Position numbers and translations under genes: made by a program. The notes under the pieces were generated by a model. That model worked only from the letters and a program-made list of their open reading frames with translations, was not told the origin of the DNA and searched no databases. A stretch of DNA of 64,000 nucleotides from Chiloscyllium plagiosum. Lineage: Eukaryota. Location of the stretch: assembly GCF_004010195.1 (NCBI RefSeq), contig NC_057755.1, forward strand, positions 2,985,286 through 3,049,285. The letters run 5' to 3'. Positions 39,865 to 53,122 of this stretch are shown here, in pieces (the stretch's first letter is position 1; each line of letters starts with the position of its first letter).

Positions 39865-41300
39865 ATAGTCGTAGAGTCAAATAGCATTGAAACAGCTCCT
39901 TCGGCCCAACTAGTCGACGCCAACCATGTTGCTAAACTAAACTCATTCCATTTGCTTGCGTTTATCACATAACTCTCCAAATCTTTCCAATTCATGTATT
40001 TACTCAAATGTATTTTAAATATTGTAACTCTGCCTGCATCAATTGCTTTCACTGAAAGTTCATTCTACGTACGAACCACCTTCTGTATGAAAGCATAATC
40101 TCCCTCAGGTCCCTCTTCAATCTTTCTCCTCTCAGCTTAAAAACATGACCGCCTAGTGTTGAACTCCCCAAAACCGAGGGAAAAGACCTTTGCTATTCAC
40201 TTAACCTATACCCATCATGATATTATAAACCTCTTTCAGGACACCCCTCAACCTCCGATGATATTATAAACCTCTTTCAGGACACCCCTCAACCTCCGAT
40301 GATCCAGTGAAAAAAATCCCAGTCCTTCCAGAACATTAACAGCAAAAGTGCAACGAGAGAGTGTTTATGTCCCATTAAAGATCAGCGATTTCATTTATTG
40401 TGAGAAACGTCGGAAAATGGAAGGGACATTAAATGAATATTTTCCATCTTTTTTATGATGGAAAAGAAATGGAGGCTAGAGAACTCAGGGAAATAAATGT
40501 TGACGTTTTAAAAATTATTCACATTACAGAAAGTGATGGAAGTCTGAGATAACATAAAGGTGGATACATCTCCGACACCTAATCAAGTTTATTCTAGGAC
40601 GTTATGTGAAGTTAGGGAGGAGGTAGTGGGACCCTTACGAGAAACATTTGTGTCATGTATAACCACGGGTGAGGTGCCAGAAAATGGGAGGGTGGCTAAT
40701 GTTGTGCCTTCATTGAAGAAAACGCATAAGAGAAGCATGAGAACTCTAGAGCTGTGAGTCTGATATTAGTGATAGGAAAGTTGTCAGAGGTGATTCTGAA
40801 AGATAGGATTTACATGCATTTGGACAGAGAAGGAATGATTAGCGATAGTGAGCATGGATTTGAGTCAGAGAACTTGTGCCTCCTAAACTTGAGTTTTTTG
40901 AGGAAGTATTCAAAAATATTAATGAATGCAGAATGGTATAAATTATTTTATTGGAGTTCCTTAAAAGCTTTGACAAATATCCACATGGTAGAATGATCTG
41001 TAAAGTTAGATCATTCGAGTTGGACCGAAGGATCTGTTTCTGTCCTGTACCTCTCTATGATTCTAAGACTCGATGACATGGGATTCAGGGTGAACTTGCC
41101 AGCTGGACACAGTTTTGACCTTACGGCAGATGACACAGAGTAATGAGAGGGGTTGTTTTTCAGACTGGAGACCTGTAACTAGCGGTGTTTCACAGAGATT
41201 TGTACTGGGTCCATTCCCGTTTGTAATTTATATAAAAGGTTAGGATGAGTATAGAGGAGGCATGGGTATTAGGTTAGCAGATAACAGCAAAGTTGGGATA
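39865..41300. mobile_element. CR1 fragments (minus-strand 3' end ~39865-40330; plus-strand RT ~40420-41300)
   Basis: TGEVPENGRVANVVPSLKK motif and CR1 tails; internal 41-bp tandem duplication at ~40217-40300. Confidence 0.75.
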
Positions 41301-42700
41301 TCGCCTCTGTGGTGTTTGTCCCAACCTACCCGAATGTCATTGAGGACCGCTGCTTCCATCTTGTCAAGGGGTCACCCTCCGTAGTTGTTGATCCACGGGG
41401 AGGTCTGAATGAACCACTGAACATGGTGATTAATTTGGTTTGTTCATCGGCATCCAGCCCATGTATAATGGACTTTCAGTCAATTGCATTTAAAAAAATG
41501 CTTCTGGTCTGAGGTGGAATCAAAGAGAGTCACCTTGTCGGTGATGTCTGCCAGCTGGGTGGCGAGAAAGGGAGTTGTGTATGTCATGTGACCATCAACT
41601 GTTTGTTGCCGGGTGACAACATGATCGATGAGCTTTGGTTTCAATCATAACTCAGGGATATGGGCTAAAAGTGCAGTCGCCTGGGAGAAGGGCAGAAGGG
41701 GTCCACATATGTGGGCGGGTGTGTATATGTCATTGTGGAGTCTGTCGTTATCTTCCTGGGAAGTGTGGACCCCTAAGGCACACGACATTCCATTCCAGGT
41801 GGACAACTGATTCCTTCGGGAACTGTCGTTGGATCTGAGACTGCTAATGCTTCCGAATAGAGTCTGATGTGCATTGGTCAGTGTAGCAGGCATACCGGAC
41901 ACTTCTGGCTGCTTGGAATTCACTGTTCATCTTGCTTGTCAATATACGCTGAGGCTGCCACCCTGTTCCTCCAGGCCCTCCTCTTACTAGAATAAACTCT
42001 TTCGAATTGTGACTTGAACTGTCCCATGTGGATGAGGTTTACTTGCAACGTTCTATGCTGTTCTTTGTTTCACAGATGTTACCTTGCAATTTTTATTCCT
42101 CATAGTCTGCAGCTTTCCTTAGAGTGACCGAATCTCAGATGCCTTCCCCTACCAGGGGTATTCTGGGTTCCAGGCAACATAACTTACTGTAGTAAGCTTG
42201 ACAGATTTCTTACCCAGTTCTTTCTGGGCTTCATTCCACCGCTCCCGTGCCACGGAACCATCACTCCAAGGCCCGTCTGGCTTATTGCAAAATTCTGTCC
42301 ATTTGGGTCAATTTAAGACAAGGTATTATCTGAGAATATCATCTTATATCGGAAGAGAGGGCACATCCTGTTTTGGTAGCGAGGACATTATTACAGGGTT
42401 TCTCTTTCATGATGTTGAAGTATGGGAAGTGGCGATTGTTAGAGTAAGGCTTCAGCTGAAATAAGTGTTGGAAATGTAGAATTTCAGCACAGTGACTTCT
42501 TCTAACTACGCAGATAGGCCATTAAGCCTTCTCGTGGCCTGACTGTAGAGCTTCCTACACCTGTGTGTCATGTCTATCCCTAGTCCACTGATCCAATATC
42601 TACTCCTTGTTCCAGGAACTGTTAAAATCACTTCGCAGACCTTTCGTTATGGGTACGTAGGGTTGACAACAGCTGTCAATGTCTCCAATCATTTAAACAG
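41300..42700 (-). mobile_element. Possible decayed LTR-retroelement gag region
   Basis: Fragmentary peptides (WTEFCNKPDG...RWNEAQKELGK; LDADEQTKLITM; NYGG..LDKMEAAVL) resemble gag-like repeats by recollection; no intact ORF. Confidence 0.3.
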
Positions 42701-42977
42701 AAAAGCAGTTTCCTCGACTCTTTGCAACTCAAAGTTCCTCAACACTTTTGAACTTAAAATATAGTTCCTCCAACTCTGAAAATAAAGACTGCCTTTCCTT
42801 GACGCTGTTCTCACCAAATAATCTTGGGATAGGGACAGCTGTGGTTCAACATACACAGTAAACTTTCCTCTAATCCAAGTAAACTAAAAATCATATCCAT
42901 CAGCTCCTTCCCCATTGAACATTCCCAGGACAGGAACAACAAAGCGACTTTTGAGAAAATTCATGGTGGAGGTTCAT

Positions 42978-45900
42978 GTTGTAAGTTTGCTTGCTGACCT
43001 GGCAAATTTGTTTTCAGACGTTTCGTCACCATGCGAGGTAACATAATCAGTGAACTCTGGTGAAGCGCTGGTGTTCTGTCCGGCTTTCTATTTATGTGTT
43101 TTGGTCTCTCAAGGTGAGGGTTGTCATTTCCTGTTCTTTTTCACAGAGGTTGGTAAATGGGGTCCAAATCGATGTGTTTATTCATGGAGTTCCAGTTGGA
43201 TGTGTTGTCCCAGTCGAAGTGGTGTCCTTTGTCATCGGTATGTAAGAATACTGATGAGAGTGGGTTTGGTCTCTCAAGGTGAGGGTTGTCATTTCCTGTT
43301 CTTTTCACAGAGGTTGGTAAATGGGGTCCAAATCGATGTGTTTATTCATGGAGTTCCAGTTTGAATGCCAGGCGACTCAGAATTCCCGTGCGTGTCTCGA
43401 TTTCGCCTCTCCTCAGTTGGATGTGTTGTCCCAGCCGAAGTGGTGTCCTTTGTCATCGGTATGTAAGAATACTGATGAGAGTGGGTTATGTCTTTCGTTG
43501 GCTAGTTGGTGTTCATGTATCCTGGTGGCTAGTTTTCTGCCTGTCTATCCTACATAGTGCTTGTTAAAGTAGTTGCATGATATTTTGTAAATGACGTTCA
43601 TTTTGCTGATTGTTGGTATCAGGTCCTTTAAGTTCGTCAGTAACTGTTTTAGTGTCTTGGTAGGGTTGTGGGCTACCATATTGTCATGGTGTCTAATTCG
43701 TCTGGTAGTCATCTCTGAGATATGTTTGATGTGTCTTAGTGGGGCTAGAGTTTTTGGGCGTGTTGTGTCTACTTGTTGTTTGGGTTTGTTATTTAAGAAT
43801 CTACAAGCTATGTTTATCGGGTACCCATTCTTTTTGAATAAGCTGTGTGGTATTATTTTTTTCTGTTGCTCGTAGTTCCTGGTTGTTGCAGAGTATTGTG
43901 GCCTATTTCAATAATGTCCTTATGCAGCTCCATTTGTGGGTATTGAGGTGATTGCTTCTGTCAGTAAGTATCTCGTCTGTGACTATTGCTTTGCTGTAGA
44001 CGTTGATCTGCAGTTCTCCATTAATTATTCTTTCCACTGCACCAGCTACGAAGGGAGTCCGTTGCTCTTCTCCTCATGTATTGTGAAATTTATGCCAGTA
44101 GGGATGTTGATGATGATGTTGTCGGTTTCCACTCATTTGTTCCATTTTGTGATGACAAAGTTGTCTTTCACGGAGCAGACTGAAAGTTTAGATAGGATCA
44201 TGGTGAAGGCTGTTGGATTGAGCCTCTGCCTTACTGCTTCTGCTAAGAAGTCCGATATCGGTGATCCCATGAGTATTCCGTTGATTTGTTTGAACGTCTT
44301 GACATTGAGGGTGAAGTGGTTAGTGAGGCACTGGTCTACTAGCTTGAAGGTGAAACAGGTGATGAAATTGGTGCTGTTCTACCACTTGTGCCTTTGGTTC
44401 ATCTGTTGGGGCAGCCACTGTTTCTTTGGCTAGACTGATGTTAGTTGATGTGAACAGGGCTGTGAACAGGAGACCATTATTCCGTTTTTATATCTCTTGG
44501 CGTCTTTGATGATGTTCAGGAATTCTTGGGTGAAGTGGATGGAGTGGCATGAGGTTTCTGCTAGACACTTCATCTTTCCGTGGAGTTCCTTTGCTAATCT
44601 GTCTTTCATTGTGCCAAGGAGTGAGACGAGGATCTGACGGGGTTGCCTGTTTTGTGTCCTCCAGGTAATTCGTTGAAGTGGGATGTGTTGGATCCATCAG
44701 GTTCTATTTTGTTTTGAGATCTGTCTTGTTAATTTGGCCTGATTTATAATAATTCTGCAAGACAGCTGTGATACGTTTTTCTGGCTCTGGAGTCGGGTTT
44801 AAGTGTTGGTATCTACGAGCAGTGAGTTCACCTTTTCAATGTATCGTGTTCTGTTTAGGATGATGGCCATGCACCATTTGTGTGCTGGTAGGATTACATG
44901 TTTCTGTCTTTTCTGAGTCTTTCTCAGCTTTCCTTTCCTGTTTGTTGACAGTGCTCCCGTCCTTCTTTCTGCTTACTGTTGGTGTGTCTGATAGTCTGCT
45001 GGGTTTCTTCTGTGACTCAGTTGTCTTTCAGAGTTGATTCTCATGCTGCTAAGAAGTCATTTTTGTTCACATCTCTGTAGTTGTAGGTCATCCCTCTTAC
45101 GTGGGTGGCTTTTTTCTGTGTCTGTTAGTGGTCGGCCCAATAGATTTTTTAAATCCAAGCGTCTATAGGAAAACAAGACGCACAGACCAGATATTTAACT
45201 GTAGACGCAATTATTCCAACCCCAACAAACGGAGCTGCATCAGGACATTAATGAAACGAACCACAACGCACTGCAGCATCCAGGAACTGCGAGCAGCAGA
45301 AGNNNNNNNNNNNNNNNNNNNNNNNNNNNNNNNNNNNNNNNNNNNNNNNNNNNNNNNNNNNNNNNNNNNNNNNNNNNNNNNNNNNNNNNNNNNNNNNNNN
45401 NNNNNNNNNNNNNNNNNNNNNNNNNNNNNNNNNNNNNNNNNNNNNNNNNNNNNNNNNNNNNNNNNNNNNNNNNNNNNNNNNNNNNNNNNNNNNNNNNNNN
45501 NNNNNNNNNNNNNNNNNNNNNNNNNNNNNNNNNNNNNNNNNNNNNNNNNNNNNNNNNNNNNNNNNNNNNNNNNNNNNNNNNNNNNNNNNNNNNNNNNNNN
45601 NNNNNNNNNNNNNNNNNNNNNNNNNNNNNNNNNNNNNNNNNNNNNNNNNNNNNNNNNNNNNNNNNNNNNNNNNNNNNNNNNNNNNNNNNNNNNNNNNNNN
45701 NNNNNNNNNNNNNNNNNNNNNNNNNNNNNNNNNNNNNNNNNNNNNNNNNNNNNNNNNNNNNNNNNNNNNNNNNNNNNNNNNNNNNNNNNNNNNNNNNNNN
45801 NNNNTTCATGTATCCTGGTGGCTAGTTTTCTGCCTGTCTATCCTACATAGTGCTTGTTAAAGTAGTTGCATGATATTTTGTAAATGACGTTCATTTTGCT

Positions 45901-48306
45901 GATTGTTGGTATCAGGTGTTTTAAGTTCATCAGTAACTGTTTTAGTGTCTTGGTAGGGTTGTGGGCTACCATATTGTCATGGTGTCTAATTCGTCTGGTA
46001 GTCATCTCTGAGATATGTTTGATGTGTCTTAGTGGGGCTAGAGTTTTTGGGCGTGTTGTGTCTACTTGTTGTTTGGGTTTGTTATTTAAGAATCTACAAG
46101 CTATGTTTATCGGGTACCCATTCTTTTTGAATAAGCTGTGTGTATTATTTTTTTTCTGTTGCTCGTAGTTCCTGGTTGTTGCAGAGTATTGTGGCCTATT
46201 TCAATAATATCCTTGTGCAGCTCCATTTGTGGGTATTGAGGTGATTGCTTCTGTCATTAAGTATCTCGTCTGTGACTATTGCTTTGCTGTAGACGCTGAT
46301 CTGCAGTTCTCCATTAATTATTCTTTCCACTGCACCAGCTACGAAGGGAGTTCGTTGCTCTTCTCCTCATGTTTTGTGAAATTTATGCCAGTAAGGATGT
46401 TGTTGATGATGTTGTCGGTTTCCACTCATTTGTTACATTTCGTGATGACAAAGTTGTCTTTCACGGAGCAGACTGAAAGTTTAGATAGGATCATGGTGAA
46501 GGCTGTTGGATTGAGCCTCTGCCTTACTGCTTCTGCTAAGAAGCCCGATATCGGTGATCCCATGAGTATTCCGTTGATTTGTTTGAATGTCTTGACATTG
46601 AGGGTGAAGTGGTTAGTGAGGCACTGGGCTACTAACTTGAAGGTGAAACAGGTGATGAAATTGGTGCTGTTCGACCACTTGTGCCTTTGGTTCATCTGTT
46701 GGGGCGGCCACTGTTTCTTTGGCTAGACTGATGTTAGTTGATGTGAACAGGGCTGTGAACAGGAGACCATTATTCCGTTTTAATATCTCTTGGCGTCTTT
46801 GATGATGTTCAGGAATTCTTGGGTGAAGTGGATGGAGTGGCATGAGTTTTCTGCTAGACACTTCATCTTTCCGTGGAATTCCTTTGCTAATCTGTCTTTC
46901 ATTGTGCCAAGGAGTGAGACGAGGGTCTGACGGGGTTGCCTGTTTTGTGTCCTCCAGGCAATTCGTTGAAGTGGGATGTGTTGGATCCATCAGGTTTGAT
47001 TTTTTTTTGAGATCTGTCTTGTTAATTTGGACTGATTTATAATAATTCTGCAAGACAGCTGTGATACGTTTTTCTGGCTCTGGAGTCGGGTCTAAGTGTT
47101 GGTATCTACGAGCAGTGAGTTCACCTTTTCAATGTATCCTGTTTTGTTTAGGATGATGGCCATGCACCATTTGTATGCTGGTAGGATTACTATGTTTCTG
47201 TCTTTTCTGAGTCTTTCTCAGCTTTCCTTTCCTGTTTGTTGACAGTGCTCCCGTCCTTCTTTCTGCTTACTGTTGGTGTGTCTGATAGTCTGCTGGGTTT
47301 CTTCTGTGACTCAGTTGTCTTTCAGAGTTGATTCTCATGCTGCAAAGAAGTCATTTTTGTTCACATCTCTGTAGTTGTAGGTCATCCCTCTTACGTGGGT
47401 GGCTTTTTTCTGTGTCTGTTAGTGGTCGGCCCAATAGATTTTTTAAATCCAAGCGTCTATAGGAAAACAAGACGCACAGACCAGATATTTAACTGTAGAC
47501 GCAATTATTCCAACCCCAACAAACGGAGCTGCATCAGGACATTAATGAAACGAGCCACAACGCACTGCAGCATCCAGGAACTGCGAGCAGCAGAAGAAAA
47601 ACACCAATACAACAATTTCAAAAAGAACAGATTCCCAAAAGACACAGTCTGCTGATTCTTCAACAACAAACCCAAACAAGTAGACACAACACACTCAAAG
47701 ACTCTAGCCACATTACTACACATCAAAGACATCTTGGAGATGACTACGAGACGAATCTGACCTCTTGGCATCATGGTAGCCCACATACCTACCAACACAC
47801 TGGAACAGCTACTGATGAACCTAAAGGACCCGATACCAATAACCAGCAAAACGAACGTCATGCACAAAATACCATGCACGGACTGTACCAAATAATACAT
47901 CAGATAGACAGGCAGAAAACTAGCCACCGTGATACACGAACACCAACTACCTACCAAAAGACATGACCCACTATCATTGAATCCTTACATACGCATGAAG
48001 AAAGACACCACTTCGACGAGGACAACACATCCACCCTGGAACAGACTAAACAGAGACACGCACAGGAATTCCCAGAGGCCTGGAATTCAAACTGGAACTT
48101 CATCAATAAATAAATCGATTTGGACCCATTTACCAATCTCTGTGAAAAAGAACAGAAAGTGATGTCATCCACCTTAAGAGAGCAAAACACATAAATAGAT
48201 AGGACAGAAAACCAGCGTTTCAGTGGAGGTTCGCTGATGATGTTACCTCACATGGTGATGAAAATCTACAAACAAATCTAGCAGCTCAGCGATCACACTT
48301 ACAACC
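42978..48306. mobile_element. Penelope-like element in inverted configuration (minus-strand RT+GIY-YIG copy joined to a plus-strand 3' copy), with an internal duplication across the gap
   Basis: Minus strand: RT motifs FKQINGILMGSPISGFLAEA and DV.ALFTS-like. Plus strand 47450-48306: VYRKTRRTDQIFN...HKIPCTDC..YI. The outer ends are inverted repeats, each with a hammerhead-like motif. Confidence 0.88.
43512..47596 (+). repeat. About 1.8-kb direct duplication flanking the N-gap at 45303-45804
   Basis: 43512-45302 is near-identical to 45805-47596. Confidence 0.92.
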
Positions 48307-49081
48307 TAAACAGGAACAACAAAGGTTTGACATTCAGAGGAATATGCATTCGACTCATTGGAACTACAAATAATTAAAACACAGCTCCACTTGCACTCAC
48401 CTGATAAAACACTTCTGGGACAGGAACAATTGGGGACTAAAGTAAAAGCTCCCTCGGTTCACTCAAAGAGTCCAAAATATCTCCAGCATTGCTACACAAG
48501 AGGCAAACGCCTGTCCCCTGCTAGACTGACTTCCTCAAAATCTCTCTGTACCCTAATACTGTTTTTCAGGTCATGCTTTGCTCTCTCTGGCTGGAGAACA
48601 CTTGGCTGCTGGGTCAATTTCTGTTTGGCTGCCTGTGCTGTCAGTTCCTCACTTAAATCCTGGCTTTGACGTGAGGTATCTATCCTCTGAAACACGGCTC
48701 ACTTTGAATTCTGAAGACACCAGACTGATGGGTTTGAATTCAAAGGACGTAATGGTCACTTCTTATTGATGGCCATGCAGGGATCCAAATGTTGTCTAAT
48801 TCCTCTTAAAAACAAATTCTACAACGCCAAAAAGAATGTTATGAATGAATTTGTCCAGATCTCACAATACCAAACCTTACAAAACATTACGAACACAAGC
48901 CAGTACTAATGCAAAACAGTCCGAAATTTATTTGGAATCAAGTTACAATAGCTTTCACGACACAACAACGCTATCTCCATTTCTATTCAGTCCCTTAAAC
49001 TTACAATACTTCCCTGAGTCTCTTGTCGATTTTAGTATCTGCTCTTTTTCTCGCTATCCATGTTTAACTGCAAAACTGTTT

Positions 49082-49132
49082 TCTCTCTCTCTCTCTATCT
49101 ATCTATCTCTCTCTCTCTATTTCTCTCTCTAT
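49082..49132. repeat. (CT)n/(CTAT)n microsatellite
   Basis: Directly visible. Confidence 0.9.
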
Positions 49133-49967
49133 CCGTCTTTCCAGACAGTGGGCATCTGCTTTTGGCCATGCTGATCTATTCAGAATGTCGAAGAGAGGTT
49201 GTTCTACAGGTGGTCCATAATTTTATACCTTTTATGTGGTTTTCTGGAATTCGAATAGTTCTGAAGAATCGGGGAGACACACTTACTGGTTCGGAACACT
49301 GTCAATTGTTAAGCTGGCGAGCTACTGTTCGTTTCTTTGTGCAGTAGAACCACTGGATTTCTGTCTGGGCCCTCATTTGATTGGTGGATAATTTGCGGTG
49401 GATATGTCTGTCCAGGATAACGGTTGGCCTTTACATTATAAAAATAACACGAGCAACTGGTTGCCGCGTTTGCTCCGTGTCTTTTTATTAAAGCTCATCT
49501 TGTGAAAGATGTTTGAATTGTTAGTATCAAAGAACTCCTCTGAATAAGGTTAACTGCTTCCACAAAATCCTAAAAGAATCAAGATAATATTTAGCAGAAT
49601 CACTAATATTTGTTTATAAATATACATCTTCAGATTGGACAACAGTGTCAAGACTGCTATCAGATGATGATATTCTTTCGTTTAAAAGGGAAGGCATAAG
49701 AAGCCTAAGTAATGAATACGAGATTAACCGCAATTGATGAGAAGGAAAATGGAATTCTTATTAAGAGCAGCAGATGAATTGCATAGAAATCACATAACAA
49801 AATGAAATAGTTGACATAACATGGAGTGTCTGAAGTCATTTACTAAAGGAATTATTCTTGATCAAACTACTTGGACTATTTGAATAAATAGGAAATGATA
49901 AGTAATACGTAGAATCACTGAAATTGACTTATCTTCCAAAAGTCTTCGATAAGGAACTATGTAGCAA

Positions 49968-50560
49968 TGTGACGATGCTGCTCTTGTGACACAGTAATGC
50001 AGTCCTTGGTCTTATTTTCCATAAGGTCGTATATAGACAGAGGTACTAAAACGTCTGCGCTTGGGTGAGTTTTAGGACCAGTTTGGTAATAGCTAACAGA
50101 ACTGCCTCAAGTAAAGGGCACTCAAGTTTTAAAACTAAAACACTTTCACAATGAAAGAGGAGTGGCCAGTTCTCCCTCTGGTTTTGTTTGGTCTGGATAT
50201 TCACTGAAAGCAGTCAGGCAGTTGTATAAGCTGTTGGACTCGACAAAGCAAGTCCAGGCCGATCCTTCTCTCTCCGTGATATCTCTCCGGTAAGACCTTG
50301 TGTTTGATTTTACCTTTTGTGTCAAGGGGTGTTTGTGGGAATTGGTGCAAGTATTTGGAGCACCATCATGAATTTGGGATCATCTGTTGGGTTTTTGCAT
50401 AGGATACGTTATTCAATATTCTGCTCGTTTTTGTTTGTGTTTCATTTGGTAATAATGTAAATAAATTTTGTTTTATTTAAAACTTTGTGATTTGAACAAC
50501 TGGATCACTCCGTGGAATATCCGCTATACACATGCTAAAAACAACAGGCACATGAGCAAG
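49968..50560 (+). mobile_element. Probable solo LTR remnant
   Basis: Starts TGTGACGATGCTG; similar to the reverse complement of 11229-11816; AATAAA near 50460. Confidence 0.4.
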
Positions 50561-51727
50561 GTCAGAGATTTGGATTCAAGACTAGATGGAAAGCTAACAG
50601 TAAGAATATCAAAGTGAAGTGGTTTACGCACATGTATGAAAAGAGTGAAAATGAATTCCAGAGTGATGTGCAGTGGACAAATAGCAGCCAACACTTGTAA
50701 CAAAATAATAAGAACAGGAGAAGCTTAAATCAATATTTAATTTAATTTAAATTGTGATTTGCGGTTAATACGGCAGAATGATTCAACAAACCACGAAATG
50801 ATAAATAAAAATTATTAATTGAGTTTAACATTTGGCATTAAAATAAAAGCAATATAATGTCAACATAGTTAATTATATAGCACTACATTCTGGTCAAACT
50901 AAAGGCTATCAAATAAAACTTTTAAGAATAAGAGTTTGACTGGGACAGAAGGGTAAAACAATTAATGGTGCAGAATTCAAATAACATCGTTTAATATGGT
51001 AACACAAGTCAACAAAGTAATAAAAATACGAATATATCTCGACCACAGAAACTGAAATTGAAAATGCGGATTACTTTGTACTAACATATTTAAAAAATGC
51101 TAAGCCACTCATAATATCTGTCCATACATGGCGGAAACTTTTAAAAGTAAAATTGATGTCGTGGCAAAGGTGCGATTATTCAAACAAAGATAACAGTACT
51201 ACTCTGAGGTGTGAAATTTATGTGATCNNNNNNNNNNNNNNNNNNNNNNNNNNNNNNNNNNNNNNNNNNNNNNNNNNNNNNNNNNNNNNNNNNNNNNNNN
51301 NNNNNNNNNNNNNNNNNNNNNNNNNNNNNNNNNNNNNNNNNNNNNNNNNNNNNNNNNNNNNNNNNNNNNNNNNNNNNNNNNNNNNNNNNNNNNNNNNNNN
51401 NNNNNNNNNNNNNNNNNNNNNNNNNNNNNNNNNNNNNNNNNNNNNNNNNNNNNNNNNNNNNNNNNNNNNNNNNNNNNNNNNNNNNNNNNNNNNNNNNNNN
51501 NNNNNNNNNNNNNNNNNNNNNNNNNNNNNNNNNNNNNNNNNNNNNNNNNNNNNNNNNNNNNNNNNNNNNNNNNNNNNNNNNNNNNNNNNNNNNNNNNNNN
51601 NNNNNNNNNNNNNNNNNNNNNNNNNNNNNNNNNNNNNNNNNNNNNNNNNNNNNNNNNNNNNNNNNNNNNNNNNNNNNNNNNNNNNNNNNNNNNNNNNNNN
51701 NNNNNNNNNNNNNNNNNNNNNNNNNNN

Positions 51728-52900
51728 TCTCTCGGGTAGATGCCAGTTTTGTAGCTCCACAGCAACTGCTTGACTCAGGGCACGGCAAGTTCTGGAGCAC
51801 ATGTCATCGATGCCATTGCTGAAATGTTGTCAGGGCCGCCGCCTTTGCCCACTAGAGAAGACCAAGATGAATCAACCCCTCGGCACTTCTGTCTGAAGAG
51901 TTTTGAGAACAGGTTCAGCTTTGCTTTTGTGCGGAGTCATTTGGATTCCCCATGGTGGAGTATTGGAGATATATTTGGAGACGTAATCGCAAAGGGCCGC
52001 ATACCTCTCTAAGCAGAGAGGGGCAACGGGTGGTGAGTTTAAGCTGGGGGTCAGCACACCGTGCATGAGTCTGTAAGGAAGAACCCTTCATGGTGACATT
52101 CTGATCTACTGGCCATTGTACGAACACTTGATCAATGATGTCATTTATTATGCCAGATGTTTTGAATATTCTCGGTGCTCTAACACTGACATGCACAGGC
52201 TCTTATGATGCAAGTGGTAGTGACCTTACATCTGAAATACAAGAACTGCACTCAAGTATTACCAGCACTTGAGATGTGTCTGAACAGGCTGATGAAAATG
52301 GCTGTATTCGGTGAATTGTTACATATGACATTAGTGCTCTCATCACCTACTGAGGAACGATTGTCATATTCCCAAATCCGATAGGACAGGTTTACAGTGC
52401 TTGATGGAGTTCTGCACCATGAGATGGGATCCTTGTCTGATTAGGATCCATGGAGGGGCCTGTTCCCTCATCAGAACTGTGTGTAATCGTGCCAGCTCAA
52501 TGAACACTGGAGAAACTCAGTAGATCTGGCAGAATCTGGGTAGAAAGAAACAGGGTTAATGTTTCGAGTCCGGTTTGAGTCTTCTTCACAACGGCTTCAA
52601 GGAAATAGGATCTAGGACAGGAGTATTGATTCTGAGGGGAATGAGATACTGGGCAAAATGAGATGGATTCTGATGTCCATTAGTGGAATCGAACAAGAAA
52701 GTGTTTGATTCTTGTTACTGAGCTAAGTGCGATCTCCAGATCTAGTCCAGTCATGCGCAGTTTCCAAAGCTCTCCAGGTTCTAATCCTGTCACAGGACCA
52801 GTCTTGGGCGGGTTATATTTTCAAGGAATGTTTGAGGCTGAAACTGACTCAATGTCGATGCTGCAAGTTTCCAGAAACCATTTACGGAGACTGAAAATGT
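51728..52900 (-). mobile_element. Possible decayed Tx1/L1-clade LINE ORF2 fragments
   Basis: VLKTLQTE..VDSSWF...APEL-like peptide reminiscent of Tx1 C-terminal regions; heavily disrupted. Confidence 0.3.
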
Positions 52901-53122
52901 GGAGGGGCATCATTCGTTGACGATTTGAGGCAGTGTAGACTATTTAAATGCTATTCTAAAATGTGTCAATTATAAAATGTGTTTTCTAGTATCTGTCCAC
53001 CCAAAATACACAAAATTAAACCCAAGAGCTTCTTATTTGTACTTAAACTGTACCTACTGTTGAATACTGTGCACAAATGTATTCAATCTGTAATTTACAC
53101 TTTCTGTTCCCTTATTGTGCAG

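Noticed and set aside
42931..48324. CAGGAACAACAAAG on both sides of the inverted Penelope element, as a target-site duplication
   Set aside because: The left copy is about 35 bp from the element end, and a similar motif recurs at ~48420, so it is more likely a degenerate local repeat.
49282..49376. Minus-strand ATG and GTAAGT donor as a possible exon 1 of gene B
   Set aside because: In-frame stop before the donor and no similarity to the gene D exon-1 peptide.
51915..52196. HVSVRAP as a PIF/Harbinger transposase motif
   Set aside because: No downstream DDE motifs; the adjacent peptides fit a decayed LINE better.
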